The notes: generated by a model not told the origin, from the letters alone. 64,000 nucleotides of DNA from Candidatus Moraniibacteriota bacterium (GCA_040772365.1 JAXGYI010000005.1:5132-69131); one strand, 5' to 3'; counted from the stretch's first letter, positions 1-9,914 are shown. A program made the numbers and translations.

Positions 1-568
1 CTGCAGTTGCGCGATCGGGTTTTTCCTTGAAGGCCCTTGCATGAAAAACAGGTTTTTTGTAGCGATTTGCAAGGGCACGGCCCATGTGAATATAGCCTAA
101 CTCGGTACTGGGCTCCGTGGGCGTAATGCCAATCAAGCCAAATTTTTGTGGATGATCCGCAAGGACGTCAAAGGCTGTCTGTACGGCAAGGGTATATGCG
201 TCGGGATTGCGTATAGCATGATCAGATGCTGTAGTGGCAATAATGGCGTCGGGATCTGCAGTAGCAATAGTTGCTGTGGCTAGTGCAATTGCTGGCGCTG
301 TGTCACGTCCACATGGTTCAACGAGGATGTTTTGCGGGGGGAGATCTGGTAACTGCGTACGTACAGTGTCAGTGTAATGTTCTGTTGTTGCAACAAAAAG
401 ATGTGTAGGGTCTGCAATAAGTGGTAGTACGCGGTTGTAGGTTTCTTGGAGAAGTGTATGGTGCGGACTGGTGAGTTTTTGAAATTGCTTGGGGTATGCT
501 TTGCGTGAGAGTGGCCAGAGACGTGTTCCGCTACCTCCTGCCATAATGACAATATAGTGGTGGTCCAT
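1..568 (-). CDS. manC: Mannose-1-phosphate guanylyltransferase (5' part; runs off window start)
   Basis: Manual translation from ATG at 568: MDHHYIVIMAGGSGTRLWPLSRKAYPKQFQKL..., the GMPP nucleotidyltransferase signature; absent from the ORF track because it is truncated. Confidence 0.9.
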   Translation of the reverse strand, partial: MDHHYIVIMAGGSGTRLWPLSRKAYPKQFQKLTSPHHTLLQETYNRVLPLIADPTHLFVATTEHYTDTVRTQLPDLPPQNILVEPCGRDTAPAIALATATIATADPDAIIATTASDHAIRNPDAYTLAVQTAFDVLADHPQKFGLIGITPTEPSTELGYIHMGRALANRYKKPVFHARAFKEKPDRATA

Positions 569-694
569 AGTACGTAATTAATGATATAAAAATGATACTC
601 TTCTCTATTTAGTATAGCGGAAAAAGAAAATATGATACAATAGAATTGTGATGCGGAACTTTTCCGTCAAGGTAATTCAGTAAATAGAGATTGT

Positions 695-1909
695 ATGACA
701 GCAGAGGATACGCAGCAGTTTGCAGCACGTAAGCCACGACGTGCCACACGTGTTGTTGCAGTGGGGAGTGTTGGTATTGGTGGTGATGAGCCAGTGCGCG
801 TGCAGACAATGACAAATACAGATACACTAGACCGTGACGCAACACTAGCGCAGATCTTGCGGTGTGTGCATGCAGGTGCGGAGATTCTGCGCGTGACAAC
901 GCCAACGGTGAAGCATGTGCGTGCCTTGGGCGATATTAAAAATCTTTTAAAAACACAACATCAGTGCACAGTACCGATTGTTGCAGACATTCACTTTGAT
1001 CGTGCTGCGGCATTTGCTGCACTGGAAGTTGCAGATAAGGTACGACTGAATCCTGGTAATCTCTTGGATGCACGCGGTGATATGGGCAACACAGTGCTAT
1101 CGGATGCTGCCTATGCAGCAGAACTTACGCGCATTGCAGAAGGTTTGCAGCCGTTTATTGCGAAGCTCCATGAAACGCAGACTCCGATTCGTATTGGTGC
1201 GAACTGGGGTTCGCTATCAGGGCGTATCTTAGGGCGCTACGGCAATACGGCGCGTGGTCTTGTAGAAAGTGTAATGGAGTATCTACGTGTTTTTCAGAAA
1301 AGTGATTACCACAATATCGTTGTAGCAATTAAAGCATCAGATCCATTAGCGATGATTGAGGCAAATCGCCTTCTAGTCCATGCTATGGATGCAGAGGGGA
1401 TGGACTATCCGCTGCATCTTGGTGTAACAGAGGCTGGCAGTGAAGAGGATGGGCGGGCAAAATCCACTCTCGGGATTGGCACGCTGCTTTTAGAGGGTAT
1501 TGGTGATACACTACGCGTATCGCTTACTGAGCCACCGGAAGATGAGATTCCTGTGTGTTTTACGATTTTACAAGCAACGCAGCGTCGTATCACAAAAGCG
1601 GAGTTTATCTCCTGTCCATCGTGCGGACGTACACTCTTTGATATTGCCGCTGTCACAAAAACTATTAAAGCGCGCCTTGGACATCTCACGGGCGTGAAAA
1701 TTGCCGTAATGGGATGCATCGTAAATGGACCTGGAGAGATGGCGGATGCAGACTTTGGCTATGTTGGTGGTGCACCGGGAAAAATTACACTGTACTGTAA
1801 CCGCAAAGTTGTTGCGCACAATATTCCTGAAGAGGAGGCTCTTGATGCACTTGTTGCATTGATCAAAGAAAAGGGGAAGTGGACGGATCCTACAGAGGTG
1901 TTGTCGTAG
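695..1909 (+). CDS. ispG: (E)-4-hydroxy-3-methylbut-2-enyl-diphosphate synthase (MEP pathway, 4Fe-4S)
   Basis: VRVQTMTNTDT, PIVADIHF, LHLGVTEAG, GIGDTLRVSLT, ISCPSCGRT and VMGCIVNGPGE motifs. Confidence 0.97.
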   Translation: MTAEDTQQFAARKPRRATRVVAVGSVGIGGDEPVRVQTMTNTDTLDRDATLAQILRCVHAGAEILRVTTPTVKHVRALGDIKNLLKTQHQCTVPIVADIHFDRAAAFAALEVADKVRLNPGNLLDARGDMGNTVLSDAAYAAELTRIAEGLQPFIAKLHETQTPIRIGANWGSLSGRILGRYGNTARGLVESVMEYLRVFQKSDYHNIVVAIKASDPLAMIEANRLLVHAMDAEGMDYPLHLGVTEAGSEEDGRAKSTLGIGTLLLEGIGDTLRVSLTEPPEDEIPVCFTILQATQRRITKAEFISCPSCGRTLFDIAAVTKTIKARLGHLTGVKIAVMGCIVNGPGEMADADFGYVGGAPGKITLYCNRKVVAHNIPEEEALDALVALIKEKGKWTDPTEVLS

Positions 1910-1998
1910 CGCATAGTATGCGCATGTCATTTTTTTGATAGATAACATGTGGTATACTACCTTTAGAAGAAGTCACTCTTAAACAAAAAGACAACCCT

Positions 1999-2577
1999 AT
2001 GAAACATCGTTTGTTGATTGCTAGCCTGCTACTGCTGACTGCAGCATCTATTGGTGCAGTAGTGTGGTATGCGCTACGCATGGATGATGCGCCGATGCCT
2101 GTTGCTGTCACAGAATATAATATTCCTGATATGTGGCGCACGTATACTAGTACAAAATATGACTTTATTTTCCGTTATCCAGACAACGTCGTTGTCGACG
2201 CTTCGCAGACAACAGCAGATAAGATCGTGCTGCTGCTGGGTGGAGATTTTTCCGGGCGTCTTGCATACGAACTGGTAATGCAGAAAAATACCGGTATTAC
2301 ACTTGATGATGCGGTGCAAACGGAGCCGGACATTGCGGCATTTGTAAAGTATCACCCGGCAGACGTGGATGTGGAAATCATCATGGCAGATGGTGTTCGC
2401 GGTAAGAAATACTCTTTGCGCAATACCAGTGGCTATGCTAATACATTTGCATTTTTTGTCACAAGGGGTGATGTCATACGTATTGCTGGTAATGTGATTG
2501 ATGAAGATTCGCGACGCGAGTTTGATATGGTGCTCTCTAGCTTTCTTTTCAATCAAGAAGTGAACGTACAGTTCTAA
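1999..2577 (+). CDS. Hypothetical protein with N-terminal membrane anchor (possibly PsbP-like fold)
   Basis: 192-aa ORF, hydrophobic N-terminus, W-x-T-Y...F-x-Y-P pattern; extended -10 (TGTGGTATACT) upstream at about 1948-1958. Confidence 0.6.
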   Translation: MKHRLLIASLLLLTAASIGAVVWYALRMDDAPMPVAVTEYNIPDMWRTYTSTKYDFIFRYPDNVVVDASQTTADKIVLLLGGDFSGRLAYELVMQKNTGITLDDAVQTEPDIAAFVKYHPADVDVEIIMADGVRGKKYSLRNTSGYANTFAFFVTRGDVIRIAGNVIDEDSRREFDMVLSSFLFNQEVNVQF

Positions 2578-2627
2578 TTTCTGTACGATGCAGCGGATGC
2601 GCGATAGGTCTTTTCTATAGCCTTTGT

Positions 2628-2927
2628 CTACAGCAGACCAGTTTCCATTTTTGCTGCATCAGTCATCATGTCTGGTGTCCACGGCGGATCAAATGTGAGG
2701 GTGACTGTAACAGATGTGGCACCATTGTCGGTCAGTGTGCGGACAATGTCATCGTGGATCACATCATAGAGCGGACAGCCAATTGTGGTGAGTGTCATTG
2801 TTACATGTACTGTTCCGTGGTCATCTTTTTCAATGCCATAGACAAGCCCCATGTCGGTAATGGGAATGCCAAGCTCAGGGTCAATGACGGTATCTAATTG
2901 TGTGAGAAGTGTAGAATCTTTTTTCAT
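2628..2927 (-). CDS. sufT: Metal-sulfur cluster assembly factor (DUF59/SufT-PaaD family)
   Basis: V-I-D-P-E-L-G-I-P-I-T-D-M-G-L-V-Y, MTLTTIGCP and FDPPWTP motifs; overlaps sufU stop by 4 nt. Confidence 0.9.
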   Translation of the reverse strand: MKKDSTLLTQLDTVIDPELGIPITDMGLVYGIEKDDHGTVHVTMTLTTIGCPLYDVIHDDIVRTLTDNGATSVTVTLTFDPPWTPDMMTDAAKMETGLL

Positions 2928-3301
2928 GGTGTTTGTGATGTGGTGTGTAGTGCCTTATGTAATGTCTCCAGACCCAGGAGAGCACAGCGTATGCGTCCGA
3001 CACCAACAGCAACGCCTAGCAGTGCCAGCATGTCATCTCGTGTGAGTGACTGGACATCTGTGACGGTTTTGCCGCGTACGTGTTCTGTGAGAAGTGATGC
3101 CGCTGCTTGAGAAATGGCACAGCCTACGCCGTCAAAGGCAATGTCGTGGATGGTGCGTGCGTCATCAATAATGAGTGTGATGCAGATATTGTCACCACAA
3201 GAGTGATTGACAGCGCAATGACGATGTGTTGGTGCGGTCAATATGCCACGGTTGCGCGGGTTGTGGTAGTGGTCCAAGATGACATCGTGATACAAATCCA
3301 T
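2924..3301 (-). CDS. sufU: SufU/IscU-family Fe-S scaffold or sulfur acceptor
   Basis: LY..ILDHY.NPRN, NHSCGD, GCAISQAAAS and RIRCA motifs. Confidence 0.92.
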   Translation of the reverse strand: MDLYHDVILDHYHNPRNRGILTAPTHRHCAVNHSCGDNICITLIIDDARTIHDIAFDGVGCAISQAAASLLTEHVRGKTVTDVQSLTRDDMLALLGVAVGVGRIRCALLGLETLHKALHTTSQTP

Positions 3302-3313
3302 AGATATATCATG

Positions 3314-4543
3314 TTATGTGGCGAGGATGTCGCGCGCAATGACGAGTCCGTGTATTAATGCGTCAATGTCGCGATCTGTATTGTACATACCGAAACTCAC
3401 ACGGAGTGTAGCAGGGATGCGTAGTGATTCTAGATGTAAAGGCATTGTGCAGTGCTGTCCGGCACGCACAGCAACGTGTTTTTGTGTATCCAGAATTGTT
3501 GCGAGGTCGTGTGGGTGACAGTGGTCTAGTGTGAAACTGATAATATTACTGCGCAGAGCGGTATCGGTAGGGCCGTAGATATGCACGGCGTTGCCGAATG
3601 TTTCATGAAGACGCGCAATGCAGGTCTGCGCAAGAGTGCGTTCATGTGTAGCAATGGCGGCACGGTCTTGTGTGGTGATATAATCCACTGCAGCACCAGC
3701 CGCCATGATGCCGGCAATATGAGGCGTCCCACCCTCTAAGCGATGGGGAAGGTCGGCATATGACGTTGCAGATGTAGAGACGGTGGTGATCATTTCTCCG
3801 CCAACAATGAGCGGCTCCAGTTGTTCCAGAGCGACGCGTTTGCCAGCGAGAATGCCGATACCTGTGGGACCGTAGAGCTTGTGCAGGGAAAAGGCGATGA
3901 TGTCGCAGTCTATTTGCGAGAGATCGATCGGTATGTGAGCAACAGCCTGTGCTGCATCAATGACGATTAGTGTGGAGGGATTTTTTTTGCGGATCGCGCG
4001 AATGATTTTTTTTAGAGGATTGATGCTACCGAGTGTGTTGGAGACATACGTGAGGGCAATGAGTGCCGTTTGGGTGTCAATATGTGCGAGGAGTTGCGCT
4101 GTGTCAATAATGCCGTCATCGGTGAGTGGTGCGACGCGAAAATTTGCGTCGGTTTGTGTACACAGACGTTGCCATGGGATAAAGTTGGCGTGGTGCTCCA
4201 TAATTGTAGTAACGACATTGTGGTGTTGTGTGATGTGTGGTAGCATGCCGGTGGCAACCATATTGAGGCTCATAGTGGTACCGGATGTGAAAATAACACA
4301 AGCAGGATCAGTGATGCCAATGAATGCAGCGATGCGTTCACGAGCGCTTGCACAAGCCGTTGTAACTTCCGTGCTTGTGCGATAAAGTCCGCGCGCGACA
4401 TTTGCATTAAATGTGGTATAATATGCGCACGTTGCGTCAATCACTGATTGGGGTGTTAGTGCAGTTGCTGCGGTATCTAAGTATACCAACTCCGGGTGAG
4501 TGGTGAGCATGGGGAAGTCTTTTGTAACTGCATATGGATCCAT
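3314..4543 (-). CDS. sufS: SufS-type cysteine desulfurase
   Basis: YLDTAAT, MEHHAN, IDAAQ, SLHKLYGPTGIG (PLP lysine), EGGTP and VRAGQHC motifs. Confidence 0.93.
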   Translation of the reverse strand: MDPYAVTKDFPMLTTHPELVYLDTAATALTPQSVIDATCAYYTTFNANVARGLYRTSTEVTTACASARERIAAFIGITDPACVIFTSGTTMSLNMVATGMLPHITQHHNVVTTIMEHHANFIPWQRLCTQTDANFRVAPLTDDGIIDTAQLLAHIDTQTALIALTYVSNTLGSINPLKKIIRAIRKKNPSTLIVIDAAQAVAHIPIDLSQIDCDIIAFSLHKLYGPTGIGILAGKRVALEQLEPLIVGGEMITTVSTSATSYADLPHRLEGGTPHIAGIMAAGAAVDYITTQDRAAIATHERTLAQTCIARLHETFGNAVHIYGPTDTALRSNIISFTLDHCHPHDLATILDTQKHVAVRAGQHCTMPLHLESLRIPATLRVSFGMYNTDRDIDALIHGLVIARDILAT

Positions 4544-4550
4544 ACTCTGT

Positions 4551-4579
4551 ACTGTATTTTATTCGACGGGAAAAGTCAA
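4551..4579 (-). promoter_or_regulatory. sigma70-type promoter for sufS-sufU-sufT (near-leaderless)
   Basis: Minus strand TTGACT-17 nt-TACAGT ending 8 nt before the sufS ATG. Confidence 0.55.
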
Positions 4580-4600
4580 AGTAGATCGTAATGATGTCGT

Positions 4601-6475
4601 ATGATGACACAGCAAGGTGATACAACTCAGAAGGAATATCCACTACTGACAACAATTCAATCACCGGAGGATGTGCGGGCGCTGTCACAGGATCAGTTAA
4701 CACGTTTATGTGACGAGGTGCGGCAGTTTTTGATTGCGTCAGTAGCACGGACAGGTGGGCACTTCGGATCAAATCTAGGGGTTGTGGAATTAACGGTTGC
4801 ACTGCATCGTGTATTTCATACACCGCATGATGATCTTGTGTGGGATGTAGGACATCAAGCCTATCCACATAAAATTTTGACGGGGCGGCGCGATCGCATG
4901 CATACTATTCGTACATATGGTGGGCTGTCACCGTTTCCCAAGCGTGCAGAAAGTATCTTTGATGCATTTGATGTCGGGCACTCATCAACATCAATTAGTG
5001 CGGCACTTGGTATGGCACTTAGTGATAGAGATAAAAAACATCACCATGTCGCAGTGATTGGCGATGGGGCGCTGACGGGTGGCATGGCTTATGAGGCACT
5101 CAATCACGCAGGTGATGTTGATGCTAATCTTTTGGTAATTCTCAATGATAATGAGATGTCCATCTCACCAAATGTGGGTGCAATGCATAACTATTTGACA
5201 CGTCTCATCTCATCACGACCTTTTACACGTCTGCGTCAAGGTGGAAAGAAGCTCCTCAAGGGATCGCACACGGTGCATGAGGTTGCGCGTCGTGCAGAGC
5301 TCTACGCGAAGGGCATGATTACACCGGGGACTCTTTTTGAAGAGCTGGGATTTGCATACTTTGGCCCGGTTGATGGGCATGATTTGGAAACACTCATTGC
5401 TGTTTTGGAGAATTTGCGCAAATTAGATGGTCCCCGGTTTTTGCATGTTGTCACTAAGAAGGGCTACGGATATAAATTTGCCGCAGATGATGCGACGTCA
5501 CTACATGCTGTTTCACCTTTTGATCCACGCACGGGACGCAAACACTCACGTCGTGAACAGCATCCGACATATACCGATGCATTTGGAACATGGATCTGTA
5601 ATGCTGCACGTAGTGATGTACGTGTCCATGCAATTACTCCAGCCATGTGTGAGGGATCGGGATTAGCAGTTTTTCGCAAGCGTTTTTCCAAGCGATATCA
5701 TGACGTGGGCATTGCAGAGCAGCACGCTGTAACACTAGCGGCTGGTCTTGCTGCTAAAGGATTGAAGCCTGTTGTATCTATATACTCTACATTTTTACAG
5801 CGCGCCTATGATCAGGTTATTCATGACGTTGCATTACAGAATCTTGATGTGACATTTGCTATTGATCGGGCGGGTGTCGTTGGTCCAGATGGTGCAACGC
5901 ATGCTGGGGTTTTTGATTATGCCTACTTGCGCTGCATCCCCAATATGACAGTAATGGCACCGGCAGATGTTACAGAGACGGCGTCGATGTTGACACTCGC
6001 ACTAGAATCACCGGGACCAGCAGCGGTGCGCTATCCACGTGATAGTGGCTTGGAGCGATTACGTGGTAATGTGGCACCTCTGAAAATAGGTAAGGCGGCG
6101 GTGATTAGCAAGGGATCCGTTGTTGCTATTCTTGCGTTTGGTGCAATGGTAGAGCGGTGCATGGTGGCAGCACAATCAACGGGCGCGACAATGGTGAATA
6201 TGCGTTTTATAAAACCACTTGATATCGGACTCCTCAAGCGTCTTGCCAAGACACATACGCATTTTATTACAGTGGAAGACCACGCTGCTACTGGTGGCGC
6301 TGGTAGTGCAGTTATGGAAAGCTGTGCACATCATCATATAGATGTGAAAATTACTGTCCTGGGTCTGCCGGATACATTCTTACCACATGGGTCGCGTGAT
6401 GATATTTTGGCGCAGGCGCAATTGTCGGAGCAGGCGATTGCTGACAAGGTGGCGACGTTGTTTGCGACAACATAA
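4601..6475 (+). CDS. dxs: 1-deoxy-D-xylulose-5-phosphate synthase
   Basis: GGHFGSNLGVVELT, WDVGHQAYPHK, GHSSTSISAA, GDGALTGGMAYEALN, DVGIAEQHA and DRAGVVGPDGATH motifs. Confidence 0.97.
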   Translation: MMTQQGDTTQKEYPLLTTIQSPEDVRALSQDQLTRLCDEVRQFLIASVARTGGHFGSNLGVVELTVALHRVFHTPHDDLVWDVGHQAYPHKILTGRRDRMHTIRTYGGLSPFPKRAESIFDAFDVGHSSTSISAALGMALSDRDKKHHHVAVIGDGALTGGMAYEALNHAGDVDANLLVILNDNEMSISPNVGAMHNYLTRLISSRPFTRLRQGGKKLLKGSHTVHEVARRAELYAKGMITPGTLFEELGFAYFGPVDGHDLETLIAVLENLRKLDGPRFLHVVTKKGYGYKFAADDATSLHAVSPFDPRTGRKHSRREQHPTYTDAFGTWICNAARSDVRVHAITPAMCEGSGLAVFRKRFSKRYHDVGIAEQHAVTLAAGLAAKGLKPVVSIYSTFLQRAYDQVIHDVALQNLDVTFAIDRAGVVGPDGATHAGVFDYAYLRCIPNMTVMAPADVTETASMLTLALESPGPAAVRYPRDSGLERLRGNVAPLKIGKAAVISKGSVVAILAFGAMVERCMVAAQSTGATMVNMRFIKPLDIGLLKRLAKTHTHFITVEDHAATGGAGSAVMESCAHHHIDVKITVLGLPDTFLPHGSRDDILAQAQLSEQAIADKVATLFATT

Positions 6476-6482
6476 GAAATGT

Positions 6483-7043
6483 ATGATATCCGATTCACAG
6501 TCCATTACTGTTGATGATATCCCATATCCTCTCACAGTCAAAAAACAGGCTCGTCAAAAACATATGCGGATTATTATACATGCAGATGGATCTGTGGTTG
6601 TGTCTGTGCCACGTACTTACACACGCACAATGATTGCCTCATTTGTGCAGGAGCATCGCGCATGGATTTGCGCACAGCGTACTATGTTGTCACAGCGGAT
6701 GATCACAATTGATCCGTGTGTCGTACAGCATATGAAAAAAGTAGCACGTCGTATTGTAGAAGAGCGCATTGCACACTTTAATGCGTTCTATCAATTTCGT
6801 TACACTGCCATTCATATCCGCCATCAAAAAACGCGGTGGGGTAGCTGTAGTAGTGCTGGCGTGTTGAGTTTTAATTGTGCACTTGTCGCATTGCCACAGG
6901 ATCTGCGCGACTATATTATTGTGCACGAACTGTGTCATTTGTGGGAGATGAATCATGCACCGCGCTTTTGGGCACTTGTCGCGCAAACACTGCCCGACTA
7001 CAAAGAGCATCGTGCACGACTCCGGCGCGTACATTTTGTGTGA
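6483..7043 (+). CDS. YgjP-like (DUF45) zinc metallo-hydrolase family protein
   Basis: QKTRWGSCS, HELCH, NHAPRFW motifs; start moved to ATG 6483 downstream of the dxs stop. Confidence 0.88.
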   Translation: MISDSQSITVDDIPYPLTVKKQARQKHMRIIIHADGSVVVSVPRTYTRTMIASFVQEHRAWICAQRTMLSQRMITIDPCVVQHMKKVARRIVEERIAHFNAFYQFRYTAIHIRHQKTRWGSCSSAGVLSFNCALVALPQDLRDYIIVHELCHLWEMNHAPRFWALVAQTLPDYKEHRARLRRVHFV

Positions 7044-7063
7044 TGAAGAAAGAGATCTGTCTG

Positions 7064-7147
7064 TGGGGATAGAGAGACTTGAACTCTCACAACATTGCTG
7101 TTACTAACACCTGAAGCTAGCGCGTCTACCAATTCCGCCATATCCCC
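7064..7147 (-). tRNA. tRNA-Leu(CAG), long variable arm, CCA not encoded
   Basis: GGGGATA-TGGCGGAATTGGTAGACGCG-CTAGC TTCAGGT GTTAG-variable arm-GAGAGTTCAAGTCTCTC-TATCCCC-A cloverleaf. Confidence 0.95.
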
Positions 7148-7256
7148 ATACTACAAAGATTAGCGCAATTTTACGATTCTGTTAAGAGGGTTCTCTGCAC
7201 GTATCCTTGCGTCATGTGCCGTTTTTCTCTACAGTACAAGTAAATAGAGTATTTTT

Positions 7257-7772
7257 ATGATACAGCATAATATGTTTTCTCTTATATTGCATAATGTGCG
7301 TTCCGCATACAATGTTGGGGCGATTTTTCGCACGGCGGATGGTGCGGGCGTGAAGCATATTTATATCAGCGGATACACACCAACACCGCCAGACGGTTCA
7401 CGTCCATTTACGACAAAGCCGGAGCGCATGGTAATTAAGACAGCGCTCGGTGCGCAAGAAACGGTATCGTGGTCACAGCATGAAACATTTGAGGACGTGG
7501 TTGCGCTCTTACGTGCTGATGGTGTGCAGATTGTAGCATTGGAGCAGACACCGCAGAGTGTAGATTATCGTGTATACTATCCGAGTGGTCCAATGGCGGT
7601 AGTACTAGGCAATGAGCCTGCAGGCCTTGATCCAGAACATATAGCACTGTGTGACGCCGCAATTGAGATTCCTATGTACGGACAAAAAACGTCACTCAAT
7701 GTATCGGTTGCTGCTGGCATTGCGCTTTACGCATTACGTAGTGCTATAGAGAATGGCGCAGGAGAACCATAG
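7257..7772 (+). CDS. TrmH/SpoU-family RNA methyltransferase
   Basis: HNVRSAYNVGAIFRTAD, VLGNEPAGL, IPMYG..SLNVSVA motifs. Confidence 0.92.
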   Translation: MIQHNMFSLILHNVRSAYNVGAIFRTADGAGVKHIYISGYTPTPPDGSRPFTTKPERMVIKTALGAQETVSWSQHETFEDVVALLRADGVQIVALEQTPQSVDYRVYYPSGPMAVVLGNEPAGLDPEHIALCDAAIEIPMYGQKTSLNVSVAAGIALYALRSAIENGAGEP

Positions 7773-7837
7773 GTGAATTTGTGTATGTGAGATCTGCTGC
7801 TATACTAAATGATGTGAGTATATATTCCTATTTTTCT

Positions 7838-7975
7838 ATGGCACTCAATCAAAAATATAGCAACATGAACGAGTGGATCGGGAAGTGGCTCAAGCGCACG
7901 CTGTGGCTATGGCTTCCGATCCATGCGCTGTTTCGTCTCAGTGAAGATGTGATCGCGAAGCATACAAAGAAATAA
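7838..7975 (+). CDS. Possible small protein (36-45 aa, Trp-rich amphipathic helix)
   Basis: (MALNQKYSN)MNEWIGKWLKRTLWLWLPIHALFRLSEDVIAKHTKK; extended -10 TGCTATACT at about 7798-7806. Confidence 0.35.
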   Translation: MALNQKYSNMNEWIGKWLKRTLWLWLPIHALFRLSEDVIAKHTKK

Positions 7976-8130
7976 TGACAAACTGACGCATAAAAATAAT
8001 AATAATTGCTGCAGTAGTAAACATAAAAGATTTTTTGAAGATGTGGTGAGTGGGGTAGTGGCTGATCTTATTTGTTGCGTAGTGTATTATTGAATTATCT
8101 TCCATTTAGTCAATCATTAAATCATAAAAA

Positions 8131-8442
8131 ATGAAACTTAAAACCATGTCTATTATGACAATCACGTCAGTGGGGTTATTTTTGTTTGCGACGTGTTTTG
8201 TTAGTGGAAAAGATATTTATAGCCAAGAAGATATTGTTTTAATGAAAAACAATAAAGAGTCTTTTTTGAGTAAAAAAGAAAAACGGAAAGAAATCCAGCA
8301 AGCCCTCAAGAGGAAAAATGATAACATGCATTACAAGGCGAAAGAGGAATTGATTGAAAAGTCTTTTAAGTCTGATGCGATGATAGAGAGTGAAAAAGAA
8401 GCAAAGAACCTGGCTAATGTGAGGTATAAAAAAATTAAATAA
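8131..8442 (+). CDS. Hypothetical lysine-rich exported protein
   Basis: 103-aa AT-rich ORF with signal-like N-terminus. Confidence 0.5.
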   Translation: MKLKTMSIMTITSVGLFLFATCFVSGKDIYSQEDIVLMKNNKESFLSKKEKRKEIQQALKRKNDNMHYKAKEELIEKSFKSDAMIESEKEAKNLANVRYKKIK

Positions 8443-8448
8443 AGGGAC

Positions 8449-9492
8449 ATGAGGTTTATAAGAACAGAAGTGGCGCGTAGTTTTTTTGCACATGGCGCAA
8501 AAAGTCTTTTCATGAGCTTTTTCATGTTGTTGGGCGTCAATGCTTTTGCATATTCCACTTCAGAACTGATAATAAACGGTGATTTTGAAATGGATGATAA
8601 ATTTTGGACAGGAGACACGTATTCAATTATTCAAGATAATGAGATTGATGGCGACTACTTTGCTTATATGGGAAGCGCAGGTGAGGATGAAATGATGATG
8701 CAGGAAAATATTGTCATTCCCGGAGAGGCTACCAAAGCGACATTGTCTTTTGACTATTTTTATTGGGACGATGAAAATTCAGTGGATGGTTTTGGCGCGG
8801 TCGCGCTATTTGACCATTACAATCATGATAATATTTTGAAGGTGATCTTTTTTTCTAATGAGGATGATACAGGGTTGGATATTTATCATGGATCAATTGA
8901 TATTACTGCACTGAAGGGCAAGAGTGTGGATGTGGTTCTGAGTGTGTTAAATGCAGGTTGTACGGTTGGATCGTGCGACAACAATCTGGGAATTGATAAT
9001 ATCAGTATTCAGGTGGAAATACCGCTGTCCGCTCCAATTGCTATTTACCGTTTTTATTCCGAAAAATTCCAAACTCACTTCTACACGATCAGTGAAGTGG
9101 AAAGAAATCATATTATTAAATCGTATCCTACCAACGAATGGAGCTACGAAGGACAGGCTTATAAAGCTCACCGCATGGTGGGACAAAATCTCACCCCCAT
9201 CTATCGCTTTTGGTCCAACACTAAATCAAAACACTTTTATACGATAAGTAAAGCGGAAAAAGAATATATTGAATCCGGCGCTTATCCGGAAGCTCAATGG
9301 ACATATGAGGGTATTGCCTGGTATGCTGGCAACCAACAAACTCCGGATACTACACCGCTTTATCGTTTCTACTCTCAAGACCATCAAGCACATTTCTACA
9401 CACTCAGTAAAACGGAAAAAGAATATATCCAAAAAACCTATCCCGTCCACATATGGAACTATGAGGGCATCTCGTATTACGTTACTAGATAG
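8449..9492 (+). CDS. Secreted protein: beta-sandwich domain plus three DUF5648-like repeats
   Basis: Signal peptide, ELIINGDFE...IDNISI domain, 3x (I/L)YRF(Y/W)S....HFYT(I/L)S..E+..I......W.YEG repeats. Confidence 0.8.
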   Translation: MRFIRTEVARSFFAHGAKSLFMSFFMLLGVNAFAYSTSELIINGDFEMDDKFWTGDTYSIIQDNEIDGDYFAYMGSAGEDEMMMQENIVIPGEATKATLSFDYFYWDDENSVDGFGAVALFDHYNHDNILKVIFFSNEDDTGLDIYHGSIDITALKGKSVDVVLSVLNAGCTVGSCDNNLGIDNISIQVEIPLSAPIAIYRFYSEKFQTHFYTISEVERNHIIKSYPTNEWSYEGQAYKAHRMVGQNLTPIYRFWSNTKSKHFYTISKAEKEYIESGAYPEAQWTYEGIAWYAGNQQTPDTTPLYRFYSQDHQAHFYTLSKTEKEYIQKTYPVHIWNYEGISYYVTR

Positions 9493-9516
9493 GGATCTTT
9501 TTTGTGAGCAGTCAAA

Positions 9517-9542
9517 ACACGCCACTCCTGGGAGTGGCGTGT
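9517..9542 (-). terminator. Intrinsic terminator hairpin between convergent genes
   Basis: ACACGCCACTCC-TG-GGAGTGGCGTGT perfect inverted repeat, short T run on the minus strand after rplT. Confidence 0.7.
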
Positions 9543-9569
9543 CGTGATTATCGTATGTGCAAATAGAGA

Positions 9570-9914
9570 TTATTTTACAGATTTCACAAACCGTGCAAAA
9601 ACTTCCGGGTGCTCCACTGCCATTTGTGAGAGCACTTTGCGATCAATACGAATGTTTTTGGTGGCGAGGAGATTGATGAATGTGGAATACTTTGTCCCAT
9701 GCAAGCGGAGAGCATTGTTGAGGCGGATGATCCACAGGCTACGCATGGTGCGCTTCTTGGTGCGACGATCGCGACGCTTGTAGACGCCAGCTTTGATAAC
9801 TGCTTGCTTTGCTGTTGCAAAGTGTGACTTACGGCGCCAACGAAAACCCTTAGCAAGTTTCAAGAGATTTTTTCTGCGGGTATTTGCGGAGGGACCGCGT
9901 TTAACTCGTGCCAT
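9570..9914 (-). CDS. rplT: 50S ribosomal protein L20
   Basis: MARVKRG, LAKGF, RDRR.KKR.MRSLWI.RLN, IDRKVLS motifs. Confidence 0.97.
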   Translation of the reverse strand: MARVKRGPSANTRRKNLLKLAKGFRWRRKSHFATAKQAVIKAGVYKRRDRRTKKRTMRSLWIIRLNNALRLHGTKYSTFINLLATKNIRIDRKVLSQMAVEHPEVFARFVKSVK

